Source of the DNA: Lepidodermella squamata
Taxonomy: Eukaryota; Animalia; Gastrotricha
Assembly: GCA_047495785.1 (NCBI GenBank)
Contig: JBLDXI010000025.1
Span: 868,001-932,000 of the forward strand
Direction of reading: 5' to 3'
DNA length: 64,000 nt
In this document: piece by piece, positions 1-13,435 of the stretch
Layout of the letters: each line of letters opens with the position of its first letter
Numbering within the stretch: the first letter of the stretch is position 1
Program-made: the position numbers and the translations under genes
The notes under the pieces: generated by a model
Seen by the model: only the letters and a program-made list of their open reading frames with translations
Told to the model about the DNA's origin: nothing
Databases searched by the model: none

Positions 1-867
1 TCGATGCTATGCTCCGCTCCGATGAAGCCCTGCACCTGTCAGTCGGGTGTTCAAAAACCAGCCGGGCAGACGGACCCGTCGAACCGTTTCTATTGGTGGT
101 GCAACCAGGGAAATATCGACGGCAAACTGGTGACCGATGCTGATCGGGCTAAATGCAAAACATGCCAGCTGCAAACCTGCGACCAATGGGACCATCCGGT
201 CTGCAACGTTAATTGCGGTAATTATTACATCTATCTAGGCATCAAGTTTTACATTCTCTTTGATAACTTTTAGTTCAAAGCCTGTGTAGTGAAATGTTCC
301 TAGTTAAATATTCCTTTGTTTCCATTAGGCAATCCGATTTGTGTTAGTGGTATCCAAACATATGAAATGGACACGTGCCCGAGTAACCATCAGAAAAACG
401 TTGCGAAATGCTGCATGTGGGGCGATAAGAACCCGAGTTACTGCGCCTGTGTTGCCTCTGGAAACTGGATGGATGTCAACGCTGCGACTATGAATATACT
501 TGGTTGTCAAGGCCTGTGCGGAAACGGCACCTGGAATACAGGCCAGTGTTCCGGGACCTACCCTAAGCCGAACCCTGTTGGTTCATTGGCAACATGCGGC
601 GATTCTTGCACGGATGAAGCACCGCCCGAATCTGGCCAATACTCCTGCGCTCAACAAGCTGGCTGGGGTAAATGCGGTGAGACGTGGATGCAAGGCTTCT
701 GCTGCAAAACATGCGCCAACGCTGCGAAATGCGGGTCACCGTCTGGGTCTTGTGTGGATGTTTTACCTCCTGGTAATTCTTACACCTGCGATCAGCAGAA
801 ACAGTGGGGCAAATGCAATGAATCGTGGATGCAGGGCTACTGTCAGAAAACATGCGGAACTTGTTGA
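1..867 (+). CDS. 3' part of a cysteine-rich (probably extracellular) protein; exons <1..217 and 329..867; ends in two copies of a ~35-aa module C-x-D-x2-PP...Y-x-C-x-QQ-x2-WGKC-x-E-x-WMQG-x-C-x-KTC
   Basis: A GT..AG intron at 218-328 joins ORF 4..273 to ORF 316..867 in frame (G217+GC329-330 = Gly). The repeated Cys module is visible in the translation. The 5' end lies outside the window. Confidence 0.75.
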
Positions 868-1463
868 AAACTCTTACCTAAGAAATATGACAGTTTATTT
901 TGGTCTCCAACAATTTATTCATACGGCCGCTTAGACTGTGTACCGAAATTCCAATTATCATTAAAACCGGTTCGATAGTAGAACAACACTCATCGTATTT
1001 GTGTTCAACCTAAATTATTTAAATAACTTGTGAACAATCGCAGCCAGTTTGCGAAATTCGCCAGCAAGACCTTCAGTAAAATCCGTAATCACCAAATCAA
1101 TGGACGTATTGTCCTGGCAGTTTTTCTGGAGTCTCAGGGTTCTGGATTCAGCAAAAATCGCAAATTTTCGAAGTTGTTCCTGTCCCCAACAGCCAAATGA
1201 AACAAATGTAGCCTTCATCATTAGTCTCATGAATCCGCACCAGTGTTGGGGATTTGATTTGAAATCAAAATCGAACAAAAATTTCTCTCTCTCCCTCTCT
1301 GAAATCTTTTCTTGATCTCAAAAGCACATATCGAAACCCTGAAATAAAATCCAAAAATTATCTAAATCTCCGGAAATCCAGAAAACGCTGGGAAAACATG
1401 TTTAACAACTACCCGAAACTTGGACAATGACTATCAGGTTTTTACTTGGATCATTGATAATTA

Positions 1464-1962
1464 CAGTGCAACTTAGTTATAACGAACCACTACCGTGCCA
1501 GACCAAAAAGTTCGCTATAAGCAAATATCGTAAAAGCAAAGGCTGAAATTCTGAAATTGTCACCACTTAAATCTGATTCATCGATTTCCGAAAAGCCAGA
1601 CTCTGTCGAAGACTCTTCATAGGGCGAGTAGGAAGACTTATTGGGTTCCTCAACCTCTAGTTTTTACTTTTTCATAACAAAACACTGATTTGTTAAAAGA
1701 AAATTTAGGGCTTTTCCATGAAAGTGCCACGTGTGACATGCGAAAAATACTGAGTTCGTTATAGCAAATGTGTCTAAGGGGTGTTTTGCTGCCGCGGCGC
1801 CAGCTCAAAACGTTCGTTATAGACAAAAGTTAGCTATAAATTGTTCGCTATAGCTAAGGTTGATTACATGCATAAGTGCCTATTTTGGAACGAGCCAACC
1901 AAATTCGTTCCTTATAGCAAAAGTTCGCTATAACACCGGTTCGTTATAACTAAGTTGCACTG
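1464..1962. mobile_element. Non-autonomous Tc1/mariner-pogo-type MITE (499 bp)
   Basis: Perfect 25-bp TIR CAGTGCAACTTAGTTATAACGAACC, TA target duplication (1462-63 and 1963-64), and many subterminal TTCGYTATAR repeats. Confidence 0.9.
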
Positions 1963-2483
1963 TACTCACACTGCATCATTCCCCACAAGAGCAAGAACCA
2001 AGTTTGAAGAAATCAGGTCCATTTTGAAGTAAAATCAGAAGTTTGCTGTATCTCATGATTATCTCGGCAGTTTAAGCATACGAATCACAATTTTCCTGCG
2101 ATGTTCATTGCCCTGTCATTCAAAACTTGGCTCGAAAGCGGAATCCTATCTTTTATCAGGGCCTCGCGCACTTTCTTTTGACACCTCCGCACCTCATATT
2201 GCACCTCAAACGACCTATTTACGCCACTGCTGATTCTCAACTTTTTCTGACGTATTCACTTCCAAGCCGTGCAGTGACGATGCTTTACTGAAATCGAATC
2301 AAATTAAAATATAATTCATCTCCATCGAGAATGTACACGAATCAGGAAATGCATTGATTTAGCATGGGAACAAATAAGAAATAACATACCATCTTTCTTC
2401 ACATTCAAAGTGATCACAAGTATTGCCATTCCGTTATCAGAAGCGTTTCACTAAAGTTTAATAAGATTTGACTGAGCAATCGA

Positions 2484-5400
2484 CTAATATTTTGGAGGAG
2501 GAAGTGTTAAATCGACTTCTGCTTTCCGGAAAGGTTTCGATACTAATCGCCAAAACTTGTTCGTCTTTTTGGATTTCTCCTGAACTTCCTTCAATTGCTT
2601 GTCCAATTGCTCCTTGACGAAACGTTCTTTTTCTCGCTCGATCTCAATACGAGCTTTTTCTGCCTCTTTTTGGCAAAGGCGCATCTCAAGCACTTGTTTC
2701 TCTTGCTCACTTTGCAAAGCCTTCAGGCGCGCCTCTGAAAGCTGCCGATCTAAATCCAGCTCCCGGGCGCGAATTTTTGATTCATATGTCTGCTGTGTTT
2801 TCAGAGCTTCTGCCTCGCTTTTCCTTGCTAACAGCTGCAACCTCGCTCTTTCCAGTTCATTCTCAAGTTCTTTCTCTTTGGCATGTACAGACTCTTGCCG
2901 TTGTCTCTCCAACTCCTTCATGGCGGCAACTTGTTGCTGGTAATTTTTCTGGGCCTTTTGAGCCATCAGCGGGACGTATCGGGCTTCCGCTTTCGTATTC
3001 CTTATCATCGTTAAGAGCCTCTCACGGGATACCTCTCTAAATTCCTCGTACTTGGTTTCCAATGTTTCATCCTGGGAATGTGGTGGATTTTCGATGATAA
3101 CCGCTTTGCCGTGGCAGGTTTGAAAAATTTCTTGCAACCTTCTTGACGCCTCAGTTTTTCCGTCCATCTGTTTCATCAACCAGTCATGGCCCGCTTGGTC
3201 ATCCAAGACGTATTCGCTCTTCGCATGAGTGATCGCTAAAACAAGGTAATTACTACATTCAAGTCCAAAGATAGCCCCATGAAGAGCTTCGAACGCGTCG
3301 TACTGTTGCTGGTCTAGTCGACCTGCTTTGATGCAAAACATTATAACATGGACGCCATCCTTCGCTTGCCACAAGGCTTCCGTTATTTTCTCCCGAGTTG
3401 CTTCAACAGTATCATCGGTGTCGCACAGGCCCATAGTATCAATTACGGCAATTTTCAAGCCATTTTCCGCAGTGAAATCTTGAACCTGAAATTGCTTCGT
3501 ATCACTAGCAAATCCATCGCTAGTCTTAAACGCCCCCTCTGCTGTAGAATGCTTTCCAGCCATCAGATTTCCAACACTTGATTTCCCAGCACCCGTCAGA
3601 CCGACTAGCAGTACTACCCTGTCTGCCTGGTTCAGTAATTTCTGAGATGGCGAAGCAGGTTGAGTTTGCAACGGGACTTTCATCAATGCATCGTCATCAG
3701 CGGCATTTGAACCTTTACGGAATTTCACTGGTTCACCTTTTCTTCCAGTTGGTTTGAGTGGTTCCTCCTTTTCGGCCAGGGCAGAAGTGGTTAGAGATGG
3801 TTTCGGCTGGTCTGCCTTTTTCGATCTAAATAAACCTGCAACAACTTGCATGATGGATGGCGATGCAGCAAAAATTGAGCGTTTTCATACCTGTTACGCC
3901 CTGAACTAAGTTGTGAACACCTGGCATCTCGTGTCGATCACTCCGCTTAGCTGTATTAGGTGGTAACTTGGCCGGAGTTTCGAGCTCAGGCGGAACTGCA
4001 TTTTCAGATGGGCTCGGGTTCTTGAGAACTGGCTGAGGCCGGACGGCCACCTGAGCTTTAGATGGCTGAGGTGGACGTGGGGGTTTTTCAGTGGAGCTCG
4101 GGTACTTAGGAATCGGCGGTGGCTTATCCGCCACCAGCGTTTTTAATGGAACGTCATTATTGCTCTGAGCCGTTCCGGGAGGGTGAGAGCTAACCGGATT
4201 TAGGCGGCCTAGTGGGAATTCATTTTTGGTTGAGCTCGAGTTCTTGGGAATCGGCAGCGGCTTATCGGCCATCTGACTTTTTGATAGAACCGCACTTTTG
4301 ACAGGTGTCGTACCAGGAGGTTGAAAGCTAACCGGAATCATGCGCTCTGGCGAAGCTGCATGTTCGGTTGAGCTCAAGTTCTTGGGCATCGGCGGCGGCA
4401 TATCGACAACCTGAGTTTTTGATGGAACCGCACTATTGATAGGCGCCGTTCCGAGACTTTGAAAGTAGACTGAATTCAGGCGCCCCGGCGAAATCGCTTT
4501 TTCGTTCGAGCTCGCGATCTTGGGTATCAGTGGTTGCTTATCGGCCACCTGACTTTTTGGTGGAACACCATTATTGATCTGAGCCGTTTCGGGACGTTGA
4601 ACGCTAACCGGATTCAGCCGCCCCGACGGAACTAAATATGCAGATATGCTCGCATTCTGAGGAACCGGTGGTTGCTCATCCGCCCAGTGAGTTTTCGATG
4701 GAACGTCACTATCGATCGGAGTCGTTTCGGGACGTTGAAAGCTAACCGGATTCAGGCGCCCCGGCGAAATCGCTTTTTCGTTCGAGCTCGCGATCATGGG
4801 TATCGGTGGTTGCTTATCGGCCACCTGACTTTTTGGTGGAACCGCACTTTTGACAGGTGTCGTGCCAGGAGCGTGTAAGCTAATCAGATTCTGGCGCCAT
4901 GGCGAAGTTGCCTGTTCGGTAGGGTTCTTGAGAATCGGTGGTTGCTTATCTGCCACTTGAGTTTTTGGTGGAACCCCACTATTGATCTGAGCCGTTCCGG
5001 GACGTTGAACGCTAACCGGATTCACGCGCCCCGACGGAACTAAATATGCAGATATGCTCGTATTCTTGGGAATCGTTGGTTGCTTATCGGCTATGTGAGT
5101 TTTTGAGGGAGGTTGAAAGCTCACTGGATTTTGACGCCTTGGCTTGGGTGCATTTCCTGCATTTCCAGAGGAGCTCGGGTTCTCTGAGGTTGAATGCGGC
5201 CTGTCGGCAACCTGATGTTTTGAGGACCCGAAGCTCATATTATGAACAGTCTTTGGCGTCACCGCAAATTTATCTTCCGCGGAACTTTCTGAATCGCCAT
5301 CCGATGATGATGATGAAGATGGATTAAGCAAAAATCCGCGTCGGCTGATCGCTTCTTTTATTTGAGACTCAAAACTGGTTGGGACTACTTTAGCAATGGG

Positions 5401-5637
5401 CTGGTTTGATTGCTTCGACATCCCTGCATTCGCTGTGGCTGACTCCGATTTTTTCAGCTTAGATTTGCCCATCATAAGGTCTTTTGAAGTGATTACACTC
5501 GTCAATCTTCCAGTACTTGCATTTTGTGTCGCTTGTGGTGGTAACGGCGTTGCCGGTGGTGGTAATAGTGGCGGCGGCGGTGGTGGTAACGACGTTGCCG
5601 GTGGGGGTAACGGCGGGGGTGGTGGTGGCTGATTCAT
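2484..5637 (-). CDS. Polyproline / Pro-rich repeat protein with C-terminal AIG1/GIMAP-family GTPase and coiled coil, ~1032 aa; exons 5637..3891 and 3835..2484
   Basis: A 55-bp GT..AG intron (3890-3836) joins the two ORFs in frame. Motifs: G1 GLTGAGKSS, G3 DTMG, AIG1-like 'VHVIMFCIKAGR' and 'LAITH'. A Glu/Gln/Lys/Arg-rich coiled coil follows. Confidence 0.85.
4070..5140 (-). repeat. Coding tandem repeat, ~138 bp (46 aa) x 7-8
   Basis: Recurrent unit SPGRLNPVSFQxPxTxxIxSxVPPKxQVADKQPPIPK...; boundaries approximate. Confidence 0.85.
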
Positions 5638-5819
5638 TTTCCGACAACCGTCAGTTGTTCAATTTCACACTAAAATGCGAGGAAATTCGAAGTTCAGAAG
5701 CTCAGAAGACCTCAGAATAAGGTTGTTCGAGAACAAATCAGCTATAAATAGGTTCAAGGGTTCATCTAGCGACCAGCAACTCACCAACAAGTGACATTTA
5801 GAGTTTCGAGAGCGCGCTG

Positions 5820-6646
5820 TAGTGCGGTTCACAAACTCGTGTGTAAAATACACATTCATGATTCATAGTTCTCTTCTTACTTCTTATGCGCAAAATTCAT
5901 CTTTTGCAAAAACCGGTCGCATAGCCATTTGAATTATGAACCATGAACGAACCCCGCTCACAAATTAATTTTCATAATTCATGATTCAAATAGCGATCTT
6001 TTTGTGTGCGCCTTCGCATCGATAAATAAGGAAGCCGCCACCAAGCACTGAACCCAGGATACTGATTTAGCACGGTTGGAGCTAAACCACTATGCTACTA
6101 GCGAGCTTCGGTGGTTGAGTTGAGTTTCTGTCAACATATTTCCATTTTTGCTGTTGACTAGCAGTATCGGAACTGCAAAACTAGTGTAAATTAAATGTTC
6201 GAATTGTTTAGACTACATTGCCCGCTTTATCGCTAGCCATTACACCAAATTTCGGATTCATAGCAATAGCAGATAAATTATCGCCAAAAATGACTGAATC
6301 GAATAGAAGCCCAATGATTTATCGGGCTGAAAAATGTATCGGTTTTGACTAATTAATCGACCCAATCAGAGTGCTCTAGTAACGCTGAAATCAACAAAAG
6401 CTCACTGGTGGCACAGTGGGTTTGACACGAACTATCATGCCCAGTGCAGTGGGTTCCGCGGCCTGCGGGCGCACTTCTTTTTAGATCTAAATCGCGCACA
6501 TAAAAAAAGACTAAACAGCTTCTTGAATCGTGAATTATGAAGAATAATTTGTGAGCGGGGTTCGTTCATCGTTCATGATTCAAGTGAGCCTGCAAAAAAT
6601 CTTTTGCATCATTCATGTGGAAAACACAAGTTTGTGAATCGCCCTA
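5820..6646. mobile_element. Old fold-back non-autonomous DNA transposon (hAT-like termini)
   Basis: Termini TAGTGCGGTTCACAAACTCGTG and the reverse complement of CACAAGTTTGTGAATCGCCCTA. Long internal inverted segments (e.g. ~5931-5989 vs ~6523-6585). Degenerate 8-bp flanks GCGCGCTG/GTGCATTG. Confidence 0.65.
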
Positions 6647-9600
6647 GTGCATTGCTACCATGTGAGTGTGAAGCGAAGTGTTTAGCACATCTCATCGCTT
6701 ATTCACGTAAATTTCGATAAAATTACTACTTCTCTCTTCTCTTTTAAGTATTCATCTTAGAAAGGATTCATCTTTCATTTAGGATACAACTTAGTCGCAC
6801 GATTGCATGATGCAACATTTGCCGCCTTATCGCCGGAAAATATCTTTCCAAGAAGATATTTATTTTTCAAGGAAGAACTTGTGCAACGTTTGCACGAGAC
6901 AAGAGGTAAAAGACGGCCCAGTTAGGTGTTTATTTACACTGTGTGTGGAATAATTTTTAATGGGCGTAGGCATAGTAGTTGTAGATAAATACAAAACAGA
7001 AATCTGACACACTATGGTACGTGTGCCGAAATTCTTCGGCTAGAGTTTTTGCACGACCTGCAAATCACTTGTTAACAGCACTATAAGAAATACAGTATAA
7101 CCGTCGCAAGTGACAAGTGATTTCGTGTGGCGTCTTCACAATCCATCTCAAAACACATCGATTATAGCTTTGTGAACTCTATTCGATTTGCTCTCGAACC
7201 TATAGAGCCTTTTTATTGAGTTCATCCATATTTTCCGGGTGAGAACAGTGTCAATAAACAGGATTCTACTGCTGCTGAAATACGACTAAGTGCGTGACTT
7301 TTCGATGGAAATATATCGCCGACATTACGCTTACTATTTAGTAACAAGCAGCAGGTGCACCTTAACCAAGTTTAACTTAACTTGTTTTTACCTAATTGTT
7401 ATTCATTATTCACTATACAGCTATGCAGGACTAAGGCTACGATGACGAAACTAATTGTTTCTTCCGTCAGTCGTTATCTGAAAAGGGAGAAGGAGAATTT
7501 GAGAGAAATAAAGAATTTCCCTCATTCATATCTGAACTACTCATAGCAGCTCATATGCAAAAAATAGTTTCATGTCATCTGTTTCTATTTTAGCCATGTC
7601 TTTCGGCCGCCCACCCCGCGATATTATCTGACCTCGCCGTATCCGATTCGGCGGTTGTACGCTAAAACGCCAGATAAGGGAGACAAAAACTCTATCAAGA
7701 AGACTGCACACTAACACTGTACTATAAAACCCATCGCCCACTGTGTAAACGAAAGAATTTACTGGGAATGACGGAGGAATATGATTGATTTAACCCTTTC
7801 ATGAGCTCAGAGAAGTTAAATCATTGTCTAACCCGTTCCATATGAATCGTATAACATATTAAACAGAAGAAATTCTTGCGATGAGCGCACAGCTTCAAGT
7901 CGTTCCTGAAGCTCACGGAATAATGCGGACGATTTCCGCCAATTCCAGGATGTTTCATATCGTCGCTGTTATTCCACATAACCGTCAACGCCCTTTTCAT
8001 GCCATAATTGTCTTTTGAAGCTTCAGTTATCTTCAAAATTTATATATTGTTATTGTTATTGTTATTGTGTTATTGTTATATGTGTTGTACGCCTATGAGG
8101 GATTTAAGCCTTTAGGGTATGAGCATTATATTTAACCAAAATAAAGGCCAAACCGTGAGGGTGATTATCGATCATCGCACATTTTCAGGCCCGCCTAAGT
8201 TTCCTCCACACGCGCATTTTCATTGGCCGGCGCTTTCGCCCAATCGTAACGCCGCTTCGCACTGATTATAGGGTGATTACGCGCGCTCGCGTTGCCGACA
8301 AACACAAAGGGTGGCCGTTGAGAACAACTTTATTCAAACAGTGTCGCATTATTTCCATCGGCAAACATAAAAGTCGAACAAACGCAAAAAACACTGAACA
8401 ATTTTTCACCATGAAGACAATCATAAGTATGGCTAGTTGAAAGGCTGAATGGCGATAACAAAACTTCATTTCGACTGACTAATGCCAAAACGTTCGCGAA
8501 AATTTCGGCCGCGAATAGCGTAGTTTTTGGGCGCTAAAAATCCGATAGGTTTTCGGCCGGGCCGTTGAGGTCGAGAACTGCCGACGTTGTACAGACGACG
8601 ACCAGCAGCAGTACTTTGGATATGAATCAAAGCTCCACGATTATGTCCAGTCTGCCTAGACAAGCACTTCGCTAGCCATGACTCAGCGGCCATCACGCCA
8701 TTTTCAGCCACCGTCGCCCAGCGCCTACTGAATCGGTCGACTTGACGCAAAAATGCCTCGTTCGAGCTGTTGCTAGTAATTAGAGTTTCTACTTTCGTGC
8801 ACATGGCCCGGAAACTCGCTAGCGACGAAGAAGCGAGATCGGCTTTTCCCGAATTTTCATCGTTTGAGTCTGTCATCCGGTCGAGTTCGGCGCTATTCAT
8901 TTCGGACTCAGTCTCGCTGCTAGGGGATGAATTGGCTTGGGGCACGGCTGATTGATAAGTGACGAAATCGCTGCGGGTTGTGCCATCATCTGTTGCCATG
9001 GATTCAGTCAGGCCGAGAAAATTTGTATCGTCGAATTCGACGCCGAGGGCAATAAAAGCTAGCAGCTTTTTCACGGCAACTGTGCCGGTAACAATGCGAC
9101 TTGTGGGTAAGCAATGTTTTGCGACTCTGCAACATGAACCTGCGGGAAAAATTTAATTGAAATAAATTGTCTGAATTATTTTAAAATAGTTGACATTAAA
9201 AAAAAAATTTAATTTAAAAAAAAATATTTTTTTAAATTTTAAATTTTAAATTTTAAATTTTGAAATTGACCTATTCCGAAAAATACCGGAAAAATAATTG
9301 AATACTCACCAAATGTTTCCAAAATCGGCCATTTATTCCATACGGGCAGCTGCAACGCCATGCTGATAGATTGACGACGTAGAGGTCGGACTTCTCGTTT
9401 TTGACATCGAAGACAAGGCTATTATCTGGCCTTTGTACTACCTCGACGATGCCAGCGTCCTTATACCGAAGCCACTCTGATTTCAAATCCTTGCGGCCAT
9501 TCGCGATGTTGAGCAATTTTTTCGAGAATAAGCTGTCGAATTTTTCGCTTAGAAATAACGCAAGTGCAGGAGGATTGAAGGCTCGTACGCGACACAAGTC

Positions 9601-10123
9601 CACGTCTTTTAATATACCAACGCACCTAAATAAATAAAATTAATTTCAATTATTCCATTTTCTTATGAAACGTGCCTCTCAACGACGTTATTCGTCATAA
9701 TATGGCCATGCGAATAATGGTTCCGAAATGCCGCGACAAATAGGCGCGCTCGTTGTAGATTGGCAAGCACGTGCTTGCGCCAGTTCACGAATTTCAACGT
9801 GATAGGCGAGTTTAAGAGAGAATGACGAGCCTTTTCGTATCCGTCCTTAGTCTGCGCAAAAACGACTTCTTGAAATACTACGAAAATGAAAAATACACAA
9901 ATTAAAGGGGAAAATTAAGAAAAATGTTTAACTCACGTTGTAGCAAGGCGGGTGCATCTTCGGAAGAAGTATTGTGCTTTTTCTCGATTAGCCAGCGCCA
10001 AATGGCTTGCAGAATGTGAAAGGCGCAAAACAGAACTGTTGCGTTGGGAAAAACAGACTTAAGAGCTTCTTGCTCCGCGTCACTGTCATCGGTCAGGAAT
10101 AATTTTGGGTCGATGCCATTTAA

Positions 10124-13100
10124 CCCTCTAAGTCCGACTATGGGTTTTCGTCAATTGCAACTTCTCGGCGTAGGTGTGGATTGCTTATTAATTTTCGGCA
10201 TAAAATTTTTATACCACGGTTGAGCCCCTTACCTGAGCTTGCAGCACCCAGGCGGGCGCGTCCGCAACGTGCGATTACGCAACACAGTAATTAGGTAAAT
10301 GTCCCTCGACTCTTAAACTCGTCGAAACACATGTGCCATTATGTGTGCACACATGATGAGGGGCAATTTTTTGTCGCTCTGATTGCCATTCGAACACACG
10401 AACGTGTTTTGGAAACCAATTAACATGCGAAAACACATACGATCTTTTAATCACTGTTTTCAAGGCCCTAAATTGAGTTGCGCAGCTGTGCTTATAAAAA
10501 TGTTGTCAGCAACATCTGGTGCTTACGCACTCTAGTGACAGCCATTTATCACTTGACAAGAAGTTATCAAGTGATTTTGTCGGCCCAATTCCGATAAATT
10601 CGATTGCCGCCGATTCGATATCGATTTTCATCGGCTAAAAGCGCGTAGTTAGGGTGCGCGCCGGTAATGCTAGCCGGTTTGTCAAGGTGCCACTGATTTA
10701 TCAACTAATCCTGGCCGAAAAATCGAGGTTTTGTCAACTTGCATCAAAATTTTCAGAGTTTTGTTACAAGTCGAAACACAAGTATGATGTAACAGGACTT
10801 TTCAAGGTGTTTGTTGCAAAACAATGGGTTCGCATGGCATTGCGAAACATGAGAAGACAGCCATATAAAAGACCTGCAATAATCTATTTTATGGTTCCCC
10901 AAAATTGTTAACTTCGTTATCAAATGTCACTTGAAGACGACAGTAGCAGTGAAGAGGACCTGGTGGAGATCGGCGAAACCTCGTCGGAATTGTCGTCTAA
11001 CGATGAAGAGCTTGGCGTCACGCTCGACTCCGTCGTGCCGAAGACGAAATGGCGGAAAATGAACGAGGAGAGACCGTCTCACCAAGTTGAAAAATGCGCG
11101 TTGGTCAGCGGTCCATCGGAACTTTTCATCAAGAACCTCGTCGCAATGGAGCAAGGTAATTAATATTTATCAAATTTGTTGTACCGCTCACAATTTTTTT
11201 GTAGCCATGGAAAAAAACCGCAAAAAACTTGGCGGGAAATCGCGCTCTGATGGCAATGCCGGCCCGGACGGGGGCGAAGAGAATGGTACCGAGGAGCAAG
11301 CTGTTGAAGAACCGAGCGAGGCAGGAAACGTCGTCGAAGAAGTCCAAGAAGCGCATGAGGAGGCCGAAGAAGAATTCCAAGATCTTGACGAAGAAGCCGA
11401 TGATGAAGCGGAAGAAGACGAACAGCAATCATCAGTTTATTCTGACGGCGACTCAAGCGAATCAGAGAGCCGATACAAGTTGGTCAAGAGAAGAAGTCAT
11501 CGGAAAGTGCTTCCTTTCTTCCTCCTCATGTTCCCGATCGTCAGCTTGCTGGTCGCTGAAACGAATAGGTACGCGGCACAGAACTACGATCCATCGAAGC
11601 CGCAATTCATCAACGTCACCGAGGAGGAGTTCTTCGGGTTTCTGGCGTGCGTCATTGGGATGGGTCTTGTCAACTTGCCGGCGCTTCATCAGTACTGGCA
11701 ATCTTCGGATGCTTTGTTCTTTCAGCCGACGATTGCGAACATCATGAGTCGAGATCGGTTCAGAGAAATTCTGACTCACCTACACGCTGCCGACAACTCC
11801 AAAGCCTTGCCTCGAACAGACCCGAAATTCGACAAGATTTTCAAGGTCCGAGAAATGCTACAACAGCTGCAGGACAGCTGGCAAGCTAATTTCACGATAG
11901 GACCCGATGTAAATTGTTGTCTTTTTGTCTTTTTGCTCATCTTTATTGTCCTATTCTTGACAGATTGCTGTGGACGAGCAAATGATCGCCTTCAAAGGGC
12001 GCACCAGCCTCAAACAATTTATGCCAATGAAACCCGTCAAGCGAGGTCTAAAGATTTTCGCCCTGGCGCTATCACCTATCGGTTATATCTTTCGAGCACT
12101 GCTGTACAGCGGGAAAGGAGATGAAAGTACGTGATTTTTTTGTTTTGTTCTCTTGTCTACCCTCAATTTTCAAATAGCTGGTTCGGACGTTGCTGCTCAA
12201 GCAGGTCTCGCTGAGCGGATCGTTTTCAAGCTCTCAACTTCAATCTGGGGCTGCTGGCGCATTATCTTTATGGACAATTGGTTTTCTTCAGTTTCGCTCT
12301 ACAACCGCCTTTTTGCTGAGAAAACTTACGCAGCCGGCACCGTTATCGCCAATCGAACAGGTCTGGATCCGGCCGTTCCGATCAAACCCGCGTCAAAGCT
12401 ACCGCGTGGAAGTTCGCAGTTCAAAGTTCAAGCTGACTTGCTTTATCAGTCGTGGCAAGACTCGAAAGTCGTCAACTTTCTCTCAACTCGACATTGCGGC
12501 ACTGGTAACGACACGGTAAAGCGCAAGCAGAAAAACGGCAAGGTCGCTGAGTACTCTTGTCCCCCCGTTGTCGCTGACTATCAGAAGAACATGCGCGGCG
12601 TAGATGTCGCCGATCGCCTCCGCGAGTCGTACGATTGCACTTTGCCCGGGCGCAAGTGGCACCGCCTCGTGATTTTCTATGGCATCGAAACAGCAATCAA
12701 CAACGCCCTGTTGGCTTTCAAGTCCACGGAAGATGATCCCGACTATCCTAGCTTGCTATTCCGTCGTCGGCTATTCGACGAGTTGATACAAGCCTCTACC
12801 TCCGGCAATGTTACGCGCAAGGTCGGCAGAAAACGCAAGCTTTCTGAACAGCTCGACCCGCTGGTCCCGAGCGACAAATGGCGAGAAGGCGGCCATTTTC
12901 CTGCTCACAATGGCTTCTATGAGTCGGTCGACGCTCGCGGTTACAAACGCGCAAAGCCGCGCGTGTGCGTCTACTGCAAGGTGGCGCCTGGCAGCACACC
13001 GCACATGGCGTCCTGGCACTGCGCTCAATGCGACGTCGGTCTTTGCTGTGAAAATTTCGGGAAATATGGTCCTCATGCCGGGATCTGACAAAATTACCGG

Positions 13101-13435
13101 TCCAAAATGACTGAACTTTTCATCCAAAACCTAAAAAATTTGCGTGCGATTCGCATACATGTGTTTTCGAAAATTGCCAAATAAATAAAAAATTACGTGC
13201 TAAACCACATAGGTGTGTTCCCACAAATAAACATTTTTTACATCGTTTCGCTTGTGTTTCGACATGTAAAAACGACGTTTTTGGTCAAAATGAAAAAAAT
13301 TGGTGAAAATATTTCAAGACTTGTGTTAACGCAAGCATTTTTTAAAGTTACAATAGTAACACACATTTTTGGCATTTTTTTGAAACTTTCCAAAACACCA
13401 AGCGACTTACACATACACCAGCCGGACTTAGAGGG
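10124..13435 (+). mobile_element. Full-length piggyBac transposon (3312 bp)
   Basis: TTAA duplication (10120-23 and 13436-39); 13-bp perfect TIR CCCTCTAAGTCCG. Confidence 0.95.
10924..13088 (+). CDS. piggyBac transposase, apparently intact, 669 aa; exons 10924-11155, 11205-11908, 11964-12126, 12178-13088
   Basis: Three GT..AG introns restore one frame. Acidic N-terminus, 'IMSRDRFREI', catalytic-Asp motifs VDE / MDNWF / GVD, and a C-terminal Cys-rich domain (CVYC...CAQCDVGLC). Confidence 0.9.

Noticed and set aside
1015-1315. Overlapping ~88-aa ORFs
   Set aside because: No motifs, splice support or paralogs.
4070-5140. Regularly spaced repeats as a CRISPR array
   Set aside because: They are degenerate in-frame 138-bp coding repeats without unique spacers, in a eukaryotic gene.
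11229-11747. 172-aa alternative-frame ORF and antisense ORFs within piggyBac
   Set aside because: They overlap the transposase exon in another frame and have no recognisable motifs.
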